The notes below the pieces were generated by a model. The model worked only from the letters and a program-made list of their open reading frames with translations. It ran no database searches and was not told the origin of the DNA. From Acidobacteriota bacterium (GTDB lineage Bacteria > Acidobacteriota > UBA6911 > RPQK01 > JAJDTT01), in NCBI GenBank assembly GCA_965263035.1, contig OZ253580.1, positions 2,528,001-2,592,000 of the forward strand: a stretch of DNA of 64,000 bases, given 5' to 3'. A program made the position numbers and the translations under genes. This document shows, in pieces, positions 1 through 9,872 of this stretch. The number at the start of each line of letters is the position of its first letter. Position 1 is the first letter of the stretch.

Positions 1-2131
1 AAGTCGCGGGAGCGGGGATTTCCACGGGCAAAAGGGCGACGGACGATCCGGTGCTGCTCGTTTCGTAGATTCGGATTCGGTTGCTTCCGTCCCGGAAGGA
101 GGTCTCCGGAACCAGGGCCGAGAAGACGGTGTCTCCGTCCAGGTGGGAGGTTCGGGTCACGGCCCGGACGGTGCCGTTGACGCCGATGGCCAGGGTCCGA
201 CCGATCCGGGAGTCCTGATTTTCGAGTACCCTTCCCGAGATTCGGGACAACAGGAAGGAGGATTCGAGATCGACCTGCTCGAAGAGGTGGCCGCCGTCGA
301 TCTCCACCGTCAGGTCCGATTTGCCTCGGACCCAGGCGTCCGTCCGCTCCCCCACCAGTTCGGCGTGGGGTCCGATGCGATAGAGTTTCTGCTCCGAAAG
401 CTCCCCGTCCGTGGCTCCGAAGAGTTCCAGCTTCCGGTCCAGACTCTTCCAGCGGGCCTCCAGGCGGGGATCGAAGGAGAACCGGACCCCATCGTCGTTG
501 TAGACGATCTTCTCAGGCCGCTCCGGCGCCGCTGCGGTCAGGGCCGACTGCCCTTCCAGCGGCCAGTCCGTCTCGATGCCCAGCATCTCCACCAGGGTGG
601 GAAGGATGTCCATGCTCTCCACGTTGCGGTCGCTGAGGACTCCTTCCTTCTGCCCCGGCGCCTTGATGATCAGCGGGACGGAAATGATGTCCATGTAGTT
701 GGTGCCGGTCACTCGACGGCGCGAGTCGCCGGGGCGAAAGCTGGCTCCGTGGTCGGCGGTCAGCACCAGGAGTGTGGAGTCGTAGAGACCCTCCTTACGG
801 AGTCTCCGAACCAGTCCTCCGACCAGACAATCCAGAAACATCACCTGCAGGAGATGGCGCTGGTAGGACTGGGCCACCAGCCAGGGGTCCTCCAGCCATT
901 GGTTCACGTCCAGACCCTGGCTGTTGGGCCCCACCACTCCGGCCACGCCCGGCCGCTCCGAGAGGGTGTACAACTTGCCCGAGGGAAGATATTTCCAACT
1001 GGCGTGGGGAAGCATGGTGTGCAGGAAATAGAGGGCCGGGGATCCGTTGCCGCGAATGGAGTCGACGAAGTCCCGAAAACGGTCGGGCCGTCGGGACCAG
1101 TCGACGCGGAAGTCCCTCCAGGCGCGGCGAATCTGACCCGGAGCGCCGGGGTTCAGGAATTGGTTCCAGGTCTGGGTCACCGGCGGAAGCCATCGCGACG
1201 CCCAGGCCGGCGGGAGCAGGAGGTGGAGATAGGCGACGGACAGGTCCTCGGCCAGCAGCCGGACGCGGGGGCCGAAGGGTGCGGGGGTTCTCCGAGGATT
1301 CAGCCCGGTGACGTGCTCCCGAATCCTCAAGTCGTGGGAACCGGAGAGGAGGGAGAAGAGGTTCCTGGGGTACTCGCGAAACAGGGGGAGGGGAAAAGGG
1401 CGCTGCCGGGGGAGGGTGCCCGACAAGATCACGGGAATCGACAACAGGGTGCTCTCGTTGTTGGTGGTCGCGTTTCGGAACCAGTAGGCGTTCGCCGTCA
1501 GCTCAGCCAGGTTGGGGAAGAGATTCGAGTCGATCTCCCGGCGGCCATTGAGCAGGGAGACGAGCGGGAACTCGTCGAAGATCACCATGACGACGGGCGA
1601 CTTGGCGCCGGTCTGAATCGTCACCTCGGAAGCCGGGCCGGGAAGGATCAGCTTCCGGATCTCCGAATCCACGAGGAAGAGGAGGGGAAACAGGATCACT
1701 GCCGGGATCAGGTAGGAGAGATAAGTCCGGATCACCGAAAACCGGCAGTACGCAAACAGGAAACCGGCCCCGGAAAGCAGCGACAGGGCCAATGCGGCCT
1801 CTGCGGGAGCCGGCAGTTTCCGGAGTCCCTGGAGTGCGAGCCCGGCGGTCAGGAGGCCCAGCAGACCCAAGTAGATCCCGGCGCCCAACTGCGGATGGAC
1901 TCTGGCCAGCCCCCTGACCACCAACGCCGCCGCTCCCGGCAACAGGAGGGACAGCGCCAGGGTCAGCAGGAGAATGTCCACCCCTTCGCTCTGGTGGGCG
2001 GGGAGGAACTCGGGGTGGCGAGTCAGGAGGTCGTAGATGGGCTGTGCCGCAGTGAAGGCCGACAGGACCAGAAGGTGGATGATCCGGATTTGGATCCCGG
2101 CGGCTGGTTTGCTTCGACTCCGGTCGTTCAT
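1..2131 (-). CDS. membrane-anchored sulfatase-like / alkaline-phosphatase-superfamily hydrolase-transferase (3' end runs off the window)
   Basis: Not in the ORF track because there is no stop in the window. Manual translation from ATG 2131 gives N-terminal TM helices, then VVMVIFDEFP, YFLHTMLPH, LYDSTLLVLTADHG, VPLIIKAP and SMDILPT motifs. The + ORF 143..2236 is its antisense shadow. Confidence 0.85.
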   Translation of the reverse strand, partial: MNDRSRSKPAAGIQIRIIHLLVLSAFTAAQPIYDLLTRHPEFLPAHQSEGVDILLLTLALSLLLPGAAALVVRGLARVHPQLGAGIYLGLLGLLTAGLALQGLRKLPAPAEAALALSLLSGAGFLFAYCRFSVIRTYLSYLIPAVILFPLLFLVDSEIRKLILPGPASEVTIQTGAKSPVVMVIFDEFPLVSLLNGRREIDSNLFPNLAELTANAYWFRNATTNNESTLLSIPVILSGTLPRQRPFPLPLFREYPRNLFSLLSGSHDLRIREHVTGLNPRRTPAPFGPRVRLLAEDLSVAYLHLLLPPAWASRWLPPVTQTWNQFLNPGAPGQIRRAWRDFRVDWSRRPDRFRDFVDSIRGNGSPALYFLHTMLPHASWKYLPSGKLYTLSERPGVAGVVGPNSQGLDVNQWLEDPWLVAQSYQRHLLQVMFLDCLVGGLVRRLRKEGLYDSTLLVLTADHGASFRPGDSRRRVTGTNYMDIISVPLIIKAPGQKEGVLSDRNVESMDILPTLVEMLGIETDWPLEGQSALTAAAPERPEKIVYNDDGVRFSFDPRLEARWKSLDRKLELFGATDGELSEQKLYRIGPHAELVGERTDAWVRGKSDLTVEIDGGHLFEQVDLESSFLLSRISGRVLENQDSRIGRTLAIGVNGTVRAVTRTSHLDGDTVFSALVPETSFRDGSNRIRIYETSSTGSSVALLPVEIPAPAT

Positions 2132-2447
2132 CTGAAGCGGCGCTCAGCGGGGTTCCTTTGGGGAACTCCTCACAGCGACGACATTCCAACAGAAGGGGAA
2201 GAACACGGGCAGAAAGAAGAAAGAGAGCTGTCGTAGGGCGCACTTCTTTAGAGTAAGGGTCAATTTTCGCTCTACGACGTCACATGCTCCGAGCTCGACC
2301 AGGAAACCGGAAAGATGTCCCAACACTTCCACTCTCAATCCTCGTTCCTCATCAGACCCGTACTGTGGTCACTGCCATCCGGCAATGGCGATCGTGGAAC
2401 GATCCCAGCTCTCGTCGGCATCCTTACAAAAGATGGGTCAATGAGCC

Positions 2448-2829
2448 TTAAACTTGGGGTTTCGGGGACCGTCTTTTCGCTGTCTGGTCAGTATGCTCCA
2501 TGGAACGGGCGGGTTTGGCTGCGGAGCCGAGACGAATTCCAAAGACCGAAATGATCCGCTGCCAGAGGATTTTCCCCAATACGGCGGCTCCTGCGATCCC
2601 TCCTAGCAAGAGTTGAAGAAAAAGACTTCCCGATCCGGGGTCCAGGTAGGCTTGGAGCCTGCGCCGCAGAAATTGAGCTACTGCGAAAGCGGTAGAATCG
2701 GTCCATATTTCCCCGATTTCTCGGCGAATAGAACAACTATGCACCTCCATATCGAGAAAATCCGGCCTCGATTCCCCACTTTCTCGCTACGATCATTTCT
2801 ACCGCGCAGACTCCTAGAGGTATCCACAT
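2448..2829 (-). pseudogene. small membrane protein with an AYLDPGSGS motif, interrupted at codon 5 by a MITE; possibly rescued by an ATG inside the MITE (2750)
   Basis: Removing the element and one target copy restores ATG TGG ATA CCT CTA GCC TAC CTG GAC = MWIPLAYLDPGSGSLFLQLLLGGIAGAAVLGK... Confidence 0.7.
2655..2813. mobile_element. MITE family A, copy 1 (159 bp)
   Basis: Imperfect terminal inverted repeats GAGCCTGCGC...GCGCAGACTC, flanked by CTTG and CTAG; near-identical to 4683-4841 and 20993-21152. Confidence 0.85.
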
Positions 2830-3028
2830 TCTGATCTTGCCGCGAGAAAAAAACCTCCCGATGTTTTCCGAAAAATACCAGTTTGAGCGATATTAACACA
2901 GTTTTTTGGGGCTGAATGGAAGCCGGAAAGATACGCCGAGTTGGTGACGGCGAGACGAAATGGAACCGCTCCAGAACAGGATGTTCGGGGCGAATCAGGG
3001 TCGAGCAGTTCGGTCTTTGCGATATTGA

Positions 3029-4486
3029 TTAATCATACTCTCCGAATGTGTTCTGTCTGAAAACCACCAAACGCTTCGACCCGCCCTTCTTCAAACTGCC
3101 CAAAAGGAGCCAGAGCACCAAATACAGATAACGGGGAAAGAAGAGGAGCGCCTTCAGTATCTTTCTAAGAATCCGTCGCGGAAGATAGTCCGTCGACAAA
3201 GACGGCGTTCTCAAAAGATTGAGCAGGCCACGTGGGGTCCGTCTCAGATACCAACAGCCCCGATGCTCGTTGAAGACCAGGCGAGCCCGAGCCGGGAGCA
3301 GAAGAAACATCAGCTTGTGGAGCCGGAATATGGGGCGGCCCGAAAAGATCGCCGCCAAGACATCTACTCTCATCCTGGCCAGTTTCAATATCGTCCGCAG
3401 GTTGGCCAGGGTCTGTCCGGATTCATAGGTGACTACTTCCGAGACTTCCGGCCAGGACTCATAGAGCGTCTTTTTCGTCTTCGGACCGAACACTCGAATC
3501 CGGCCGGGACCTACTATCTTCCGATCCTGGAGTCGTCCCAGAACCTCCGTGGCGTATGAGTCCGCCTCGGTGGGTAGGAACAGAATCGTCGACTCCCCCC
3601 TAGAGAAACGCAAGGAGGGAGTCCGCCACAGATTGAGCAGTCCCTGCGGAGTCCGCCACAGATACCAACAGTCCCCATGCTCGTTGAAGACCAAGCGAGA
3701 TCGAGCCGGGAGCAGAAGAAACATCAGCTTGTGGAGCCGGGAAACGGGCCGACCGGAAAAGATCGCCGCTATGACATCCACTCTCATCCTGGCCAACCTC
3801 AATATCGTCCGCAGGTTGGCCAGGGTCTGTCCGGATTCATAGGTCACTACTTCCGAGACTTCCGGCCGGGACTCATAGAGTGTCTCTTTCGTTATTGAGC
3901 AGAACACTCGAACTCGGCCGGGACCCACGATCTTCCGGTCCTGGAGTCGTCCCAGAACCTCCAGAGAAGCAGAGTCCGCCTCGGTGGGCAGATACAGGAT
4001 CGTTGACTCCTTTCCGGGAAGATCTTCCTCGTAGCGGCTTCTTCGTAGAATTGCCTGGAGGTTCGCAAATCTCAAATGGTAGGGCTTCATTCGCCCATCG
4101 AAGATCAACCGGCGCCGGACGGGAAGCAGGAAAAAGAGAAGTTTCTGTTTTCTGAAGATAGGGCGACGGTTGAGGATCGCACAAATCAGATCCGGACTGA
4201 ATTCGGAAATTCGCCGCCAGAGATCCAGGAACCGGTAGTTCCCCCGCCGCGGAAATGCCATAAGCTCGACATCCGGCAGATCCTCGAAGGACTCGTAATC
4301 CTCCTGACGGCACACCAAGGCCAACTTGCACCCCGGATACAAGCCGGAATTCCTCAGTTTCTCCACGGCAGCACGTACAAGAAGCGGATGCTCGGTCTGA
4401 AGTACCAAGCACCGCGTGACGGCCCCCGTGGAATCGACTCGGCGCACTGCTCGCCGGGGGTGCACGCTCGGGGGATGGTCAGCCAT
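3029..4486 (-). CDS. protein with three tandem Rossmann-like domains resembling the glycosyltransferase family 9 N-terminal domain, plus a C-terminal hydrophobic segment
   Basis: 485-aa ORF with two nearly identical 138-aa units (414-bp offset) and a diverged first unit. The GT9 resemblance is judged by eye. Confidence 0.6.
   Translation of the reverse strand: MADHPPSVHPRRAVRRVDSTGAVTRCLVLQTEHPLLVRAAVEKLRNSGLYPGCKLALVCRQEDYESFEDLPDVELMAFPRRGNYRFLDLWRRISEFSPDLICAILNRRPIFRKQKLLFFLLPVRRRLIFDGRMKPYHLRFANLQAILRRSRYEEDLPGKESTILYLPTEADSASLEVLGRLQDRKIVGPGRVRVFCSITKETLYESRPEVSEVVTYESGQTLANLRTILRLARMRVDVIAAIFSGRPVSRLHKLMFLLLPARSRLVFNEHGDCWYLWRTPQGLLNLWRTPSLRFSRGESTILFLPTEADSYATEVLGRLQDRKIVGPGRIRVFGPKTKKTLYESWPEVSEVVTYESGQTLANLRTILKLARMRVDVLAAIFSGRPIFRLHKLMFLLLPARARLVFNEHRGCWYLRRTPRGLLNLLRTPSLSTDYLPRRILRKILKALLFFPRYLYLVLWLLLGSLKKGGSKRLVVFRQNTFGEYD
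3195..4010. repeat. intragenic tandem duplication, about 414-bp period
   Basis: For example catctactctcatcctggcc at 3361 versus catccactctcatcctggcc at 3775. Confidence 0.9.
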
Positions 4487-4682
4487 GGTTCAAAAAAGTA
4501 GGCAATCCTGCAATCTATTGTGCTGAAACATCACGTCATCAACATTGATGTAGAGATGAGTGGACACGCGAACTGCCGGGAACCTCGTCAAACCAGGTTT
4601 CCGCGCCGGCAGAGACGACGAATAATGGACGTCGCCCGGCGGGGCGAAAAAGCAGACACTACTGGCGCTGTCCGGACCGTAG

Positions 4683-4841
4683 GAGCCTGCGCGGCAGAAA
4701 TTGATCTACTGCGAAAGCGGTAGATTCGGTCCATATTTCCCCGATTTCTCGGCGAATAGAACAACTATGCACCTCCAAATCGAGAAAATCTGGCCTCGAT
4801 TCCCCACTTTCTCGCTACGATCATTCCTACCGCGCAGACTC
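4683..4841. mobile_element. MITE family A, copy 2 (159 bp)
   Basis: Same sequence and TIRs as copy 1, flanked by GTAG and CTAG. Confidence 0.85.
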
Positions 4842-5164
4842 CTAGTCCCAAGAACGACACGTAAAGGGCACCAGTACATATGGTGTTGGGCGACAATACT
4901 CGCAGTGGAAGGATTGAATAAGTCTTCGCTCTGCAGGCTGGTTATTTTCTCATCCTACATTTGAGAATGCGAAAGAACGGGTCGCGGAGAGCGTACCAGA
5001 CAGAAGTCGAGGCTTCACGCTTGCGGGTCGAGTCGGGACAATCCTCCCCGAACCCATTCGTTGCCACAGTCTTCGCAGACGAGGGCGAACCCCCGATCGC
5101 CCGTTCTCTTCTTGCCCTTCGCTAGCTTCGGAGTTCGGGGGCTGGAGAGCCCCCACTCTCAGCC

Positions 5165-6133
5165 TTACTCGCCCGATTTTCCGTATTTATTGAAGTGATC
5201 GTCCATCTGTGAGCGGGTGAGATGTCCCTTGTAGATCAGGATCCGGTAGAGAAAAAGGGTCGATTCGCCGGGGGCCAGGGAGAAGTTCAGGGGCGGGGCG
5301 CCTTTTTCGAAGTCAGCCCGGCCGAAGGGGTTGGCGGCGAACAGGCCGTAGGCGCGGGCGTGCCAGTAGGTAGGATACCGGACGCTACGGGGATGGTTCA
5401 TGATGGCCAGGGTCAGATCCTCGCCCTCGACCGATCCCCGTAAAGCCACCCACGGAGATCGTTTGCCCCAAACGTTCTCCGCCAGCTCGAGACCTTCGGC
5501 GTTCAGGTAGCGGCCGGTCCGGTCCTCCCGTAGATCGGAGGCGACGCGGATGGCCATCATCCCCTCCTCGATATCGCCGAACGTGACCTTCTGCTCCTGG
5601 GCTGTCAGGGTGATCTTCAGGTCGAGGGTTCGCCAGTCCGCGCCGGCCCGGATGATCATCCGAGAGGTTTGCTTGAGCAGGACCTTGCCCGTGGGGGCGA
5701 TCCAGTCGGAGGCCGTTCCCAAGAAGCCCTTGTCCCCGGCCTCCATTCGGGTGAATCCGGTGTGCCGGATCCTTCCGCTTCCCGGGTTGTCCCCGCGAGG
5801 AGGAAACTTGGACCAGAAGTCCACGCCGTTGACGTTGCGGTAGGTGAAGAAGACGCCTTCGTGTTGCCAATGGTCGGTCTGTTCTCCGGGGATGCCGACC
5901 TCCATGGGGAATCCCCGGGTGACCCGGTGAGCCCCAGGGCTGAGCAGGGGATGGAAGATGGGTTTGTGCAGGCCGATGCCGTAGTGGTAGGAAGCGAAGA
6001 GTGCCTCCCCGGCGTAGATGTCCACCCGCGCCGCGTCGGTCTTGACGATGCGGATCCGGTGGGGAGATTCGGCTGAGGCGGCGGACGGAACGAGCCAGAC
6101 GAGCAGCAACGCGGCAGACGCGAAGCGCCTCAT
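5165..6133 (-). CDS. secreted DUF6807/PmoA-like family protein
   Basis: Signal peptide; KPIFHPL, DHWQH, WHARAYGLFAANPFG motifs; starts 2 bp after the gspD stop. Confidence 0.75.
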   Translation of the reverse strand: MRRFASAALLLVWLVPSAASAESPHRIRIVKTDAARVDIYAGEALFASYHYGIGLHKPIFHPLLSPGAHRVTRGFPMEVGIPGEQTDHWQHEGVFFTYRNVNGVDFWSKFPPRGDNPGSGRIRHTGFTRMEAGDKGFLGTASDWIAPTGKVLLKQTSRMIIRAGADWRTLDLKITLTAQEQKVTFGDIEEGMMAIRVASDLREDRTGRYLNAEGLELAENVWGKRSPWVALRGSVEGEDLTLAIMNHPRSVRYPTYWHARAYGLFAANPFGRADFEKGAPPLNFSLAPGESTLFLYRILIYKGHLTRSQMDDHFNKYGKSGE

Positions 6134-6135
6134 TT

Positions 6136-8928
6136 CTAGCGCCCCTCTTCGTCTCTGCGCTCCTGGATCAAGTCCCTTCGTTCCTGGTCCTTTCGGTTGA
6201 TGGTGTGGTAGGCGTTGCGGAGCGCCCGCTTGAAGTCCATGGTGACCTCCACGGCCGTGGGCAGCCCGTGAATGACGTGGGGGGTGATGAAGACGACGAG
6301 CTCGGAACGGCGTTTGATCTTGGTGGTCCGCCCGAAGAGGGCCCCCACCACGGGGATGTCTCCCAGCACCGGGATCCGGCTGCGGCTGATGTCGTTGATG
6401 TCGCTGATGATGCCGGCGATGGCCACCGTCTCGCCGTCCCGGACGATCAGGGAGGTCTCCACGTAGTTCTGGCTGATGGTGGGGGTGAGAGAGGAGCCGG
6501 CGGCCTGGCTGACCTCGATGGCCAGGTCCATGGTCACGATGCCGCTGGCGCTGGTGCGGGGCATGATCAGAAGCGACGTGCCGGTGGGACGATAGTTGAT
6601 GCTGTTGGCGAAGGCGCTGGCGACTCCTGAAGTGATGGGGTCGCCGTAGGAGGCGGTGGTGACCGGGACCTCGGCACCCACGTTGATTCGAGCTTGCATC
6701 CCGTCCACCGCCAATAGCGTCGGAGCCTCCAGGATCTCCACGTTGGTCAGTGATCGCAGGGCGGTGATGGCCCCTTCCAACTCCCGTTGTGCTCCGATGA
6801 AGGCCTTGGTCACCACGGACAGTGCGCCGCCACCGCTGCCTTCAGAGGCGCCGCTGATGCTGCCGGTGGTGGGATGTCCAGTGCTGTCGGCCTGCCGGCC
6901 CCGGAGGAATGCGGCCACTCCGAAGCTGAGGTCGTCCCGCAGCTCCACCGAGTAGATCCTGGCCTCCATGAACACCTGACGCGGCAGCTTGTCCAGTTGA
7001 CGGATGGTATCCAGCAGAAAACGGTAGTCCGCCTCCGTGGACTGGATGATCAGGGAGTTGCTGAAATCGTTGACGACGATGCGGATATCTCCCGCACTCA
7101 CCACGCGGATGCCGGACGGACGGCTGAGGGAACGCCCGAACAGGGAGGGCCCCATGCCCCTGCCGCCCCTGCCGCCCCCGCCGCCGTAACCGCCGCCACC
7201 GTAGCCGCCGCCGCCACCATAGCCACCGTAACCGCCGCCACCGTAGCCGCCGCCGCCACCATAGCCGCCGTAACCGCCGCCACCGTAGCCGCCGCCGCCA
7301 CCATAGCCGCCGTAACCGCCGCCACCGTAGCCGCCGCCACCATAGCCGCCGTAGCCGCCGCCGTAGCCGCCGTAGCCCCGCTGCTGGCGGAGGAAGCCGG
7401 GGTCCTGGGTCGGGGTTCGCTGCATCTGGTCGCCGGCCTGCGGGTCCCTGGGATCGGTCCCGCCCGTGGGCAGGCCCATCCCCTGGTAGTAGAGCTGGCC
7501 CAGGACGTCCGCGATGTAGGCGGCGGTGTTGTTCTCGACCTCGTAGACGTAGGTCTTGAGATTGGTGTTGGTGGAAGGCGTGTCCAGCTTGGCGACCCAG
7601 GTCTTGACCTCCTGCAGGACCGAAGGCGCGTGCGTCACCACCAGGATGCTGTTGAGCCGCTCGATGGCGACGATGCGCACACCGCCTCCCTTTTCATTGG
7701 GAGAGAAGACCGCGCTCAGGTCTGCGGCCACGTCCACGGCGTGGTTGTGCCGGACGGTGATCAGGTCGACGGTGTTGATGGAGAAATACTCGGTGTCCAG
7801 CAGCCGGATCAGGTTCAGGGCCTGCTGGATGTTCCGGCGGTAATCGGTGATCAGGAGAATGTTGACCGAGACCAGGTTGACCACGGTGGCTCCCTCGGAG
7901 ACGAAGGGCTTCACGATCTCGATCATGTCTTCGGAGGGGAGGTAGTGGAGGGGGATGACATAGGTGATGATGCCCTCTTCGTCCTCCAGCCGGAGGGCCT
8001 CCTCCGACTCCCCCGGCGTCAGGACCGTGGGACCGGGAGTGGACTCGGAAGCCGCCGACGGCTCCTCTGCGGGAGCCTCTCCCTCTTGGGAAGGCCGGGC
8101 CGCGGCCGGCGTCACCGTCTCTCCGGGGAGAGCCACTCCTCGAGCCGGAGCAGCTCTCCCCGGAGACACCGCCGTCACGGCTCCTTCCGAGGGATCGGAT
8201 TCGGGAGATTCCTGCCCGGGAGGTGCGGTCTCGGGTTCCTCCTCCCGGGCGTCCTGTTTCTCCGGGAGTGGAGTGGGGACGGCCCGACTCGCGCCGGAGG
8301 AAGGCGGCCGGGCCAGAATCTTGTGCGGCACACGGGGACTCTTGCCGATGGGCAGGACCACGTAGATCCCCTCCTGCTTGACGATGGCCTGACCGGCCAG
8401 CTTGAGGACCTGCTCCAGGATCCGGAAGAGGGTCTTCTTGGGGATGTCGTCCATGGTGAACAGGCTGACCGATCCGGAGACGGCGGGATCGATGACGTAG
8501 GAGTACCCCAGCTCGGTCATGACGGCGTTCACCACCCGATCGATGGGCATGTCGGTGAAGGCCAGCTTGACTCCTCCGTTTCCCTTGCCGGAGCGCACTG
8601 AGCCGCCGTTCGGAGCCCTCGTAGCGCTCTGGATCTCCTCGCCGGCGGACCCTGACGCCGAGGAAGTCCCGGAGCCGGCCTGGGCGCCCTGAGCCTGTTT
8701 CCGGTAAAGCTCCTGAAGAGCCTGCCGACGCTTCTCGAGCTGGTCCCGTGACTTGGAGGCGGTGCCGAACACCGGGGGAGGACCCCCAGCGCCGTCGTCC
8801 ACAATCAACGGTTCCTGACCCGTCTGGCGGGTGGTCCCGGAACGCTGGGCGAAGCCCACGCGCTGAGCAGACCAGGTCAGCTCGGACCCGCCGAATAGAA
8901 TCAATACGATTGCAATCCACCAACGCAT
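6136..8928 (-). CDS. gspD: type II secretion system secretin GspD with a long Pro-rich linker and a Gly/Tyr-rich insert
   Basis: N0 domain (YVIDPAVSGSV), N domains, and secretin domain (LDKLPRQVFMEARI, INVGAEVPV, IPVLGDIPVVGALF, ELVVFITPHVI). Confidence 0.93.
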   Translation of the reverse strand: MRWWIAIVLILFGGSELTWSAQRVGFAQRSGTTRQTGQEPLIVDDGAGGPPPVFGTASKSRDQLEKRRQALQELYRKQAQGAQAGSGTSSASGSAGEEIQSATRAPNGGSVRSGKGNGGVKLAFTDMPIDRVVNAVMTELGYSYVIDPAVSGSVSLFTMDDIPKKTLFRILEQVLKLAGQAIVKQEGIYVVLPIGKSPRVPHKILARPPSSGASRAVPTPLPEKQDAREEEPETAPPGQESPESDPSEGAVTAVSPGRAAPARGVALPGETVTPAAARPSQEGEAPAEEPSAASESTPGPTVLTPGESEEALRLEDEEGIITYVIPLHYLPSEDMIEIVKPFVSEGATVVNLVSVNILLITDYRRNIQQALNLIRLLDTEYFSINTVDLITVRHNHAVDVAADLSAVFSPNEKGGGVRIVAIERLNSILVVTHAPSVLQEVKTWVAKLDTPSTNTNLKTYVYEVENNTAAYIADVLGQLYYQGMGLPTGGTDPRDPQAGDQMQRTPTQDPGFLRQQRGYGGYGGGYGGYGGGGYGGGGYGGYGGGGGYGGGGYGGYGGGGGYGGGGYGGYGGGGGYGGGGYGGGGGRGGRGMGPSLFGRSLSRPSGIRVVSAGDIRIVVNDFSNSLIIQSTEADYRFLLDTIRQLDKLPRQVFMEARIYSVELRDDLSFGVAAFLRGRQADSTGHPTTGSISGASEGSGGGALSVVTKAFIGAQRELEGAITALRSLTNVEILEAPTLLAVDGMQARINVGAEVPVTTASYGDPITSGVASAFANSINYRPTGTSLLIMPRTSASGIVTMDLAIEVSQAAGSSLTPTISQNYVETSLIVRDGETVAIAGIISDINDISRSRIPVLGDIPVVGALFGRTTKIKRRSELVVFITPHVIHGLPTAVEVTMDFKRALRNAYHTINRKDQERRDLIQERRDEEGR
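7155..7380 (-). repeat. 42-bp coding tandem repeat, (GGYGGGGGYGGGGY)n, inside gspD
   Basis: Unit gtaaccgccgccaccgtagccgccgccgccaccatagccgcc, about 3.5 copies plus degenerate flanks. Confidence 0.9.
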
Positions 8929-8988
8929 TATTTAAACCTCTTGCGAGAAATCATAAGTCGCGAATTCATTTCGAAAATCGAGTCTTTA

Positions 8989-9070
8989 GGAGTTCGGCGA
9001 TTGGAAATCGCCGTTCCTGTTCGGCGGCTGGAAACCGCCGCTCCTTGGCGATTGGAAATCGCCGTTCCTC
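8989..9070. repeat. REP-like hairpin cluster (3 copies)
   Basis: GGCGATTGGAAATCGCC and GGCGGCTGGAAACCGCC hairpins. Confidence 0.85.
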
Positions 9071-9071
9071 C

Positions 9072-9872
9072 TCATCTCCGCGTCGTGGCGCCGCCGCCAC
9101 CGTAGACCGGTCTTCTGGTGGCGCCGGTGCGGCCGGCGGCGGTGCCCTGGCGGCCCGTGAGGTTCGTGCGGCCCCGGGACGCGGCTCCGCCGGTCCGGAT
9201 TCGTTGCTGGCCGGCGGTGGGACTCACGGCCGCACGCGCCGCCTCCTCGGCGGGCGGGACCGATGCGGCCACCGTCTCCACCGCGGCCCGGGTGGAACCG
9301 ACGGTCACGATGTTGACCGCGCCGGAACCGGCCTGCTTGGACGCCGACTTCTTGGGCTGCTTGCCCTTCTTGGAGTCCATGATGTCGATCAGCTCGGTGT
9401 GATGGTTCCATACCAGGGTGACCGTGGTCAGGGTGATCTCACCCACCCGGTACCCCTGAACCATGTCGCCCAGCGTCACCGTCCGGGACTCGCCCTGATT
9501 TTTCTTCCCCGCGAAAACAGTCAGGAACGCCCTCTGCTCTCCCCGGATCGTGGACACGCCATGCAGAGTCGGCTTGATGGGCAACGGCGGCGGTTTCTGG
9601 GCGGCGACAGGCGTTCCGGTTTCCACCGGGTCCGGTCGGCGTTCCGGTTTAAAAAGATTCCTCTCGTGGATCTCCAGATAGTGGTTGAAAGACCGCGCCA
9701 TCTCCTGTCTGAAGGACGCCTCCTCGGGCGGTGCGGGACTCCGGTTGATCCGCTGGTAGACCTCCTGCCGCGTGGACTCCTGGAAATGGTGCCAATTCGA
9801 GATCAGACGCTGGCCCAGAAGGCCGACGCCCGCCACCAGCAACAGATTGAGCAACAGGATTCCTTGCCTCAT
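9072..9872 (-). CDS. T2SS-associated single-pass membrane protein, probably GspC-like
   Basis: N-terminal TM helix, ERNLF motif, beta-rich segment (LHGV...GDMVQGYRVGEI), position between gspM and gspD. Confidence 0.6.
   Translation of the reverse strand: MRQGILLLNLLLVAGVGLLGQRLISNWHHFQESTRQEVYQRINRSPAPPEEASFRQEMARSFNHYLEIHERNLFKPERRPDPVETGTPVAAQKPPPLPIKPTLHGVSTIRGEQRAFLTVFAGKKNQGESRTVTLGDMVQGYRVGEITLTTVTLVWNHHTELIDIMDSKKGKQPKKSASKQAGSGAVNIVTVGSTRAAVETVAASVPPAEEAARAAVSPTAGQQRIRTGGAASRGRTNLTGRQGTAAGRTGATRRPVYGGGGATTRR

Noticed and set aside
143-2236. 697-aa plus-strand ORF
   Set aside because: In-register antisense shadow of the minus-strand sulfatase-like gene
3195-4010. 414-bp repeat pair as a DGR template/variable region
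   Set aside because: Both copies are in frame in one gene, the differences inspected are not adenine-specific, and no DGR-type RT is present
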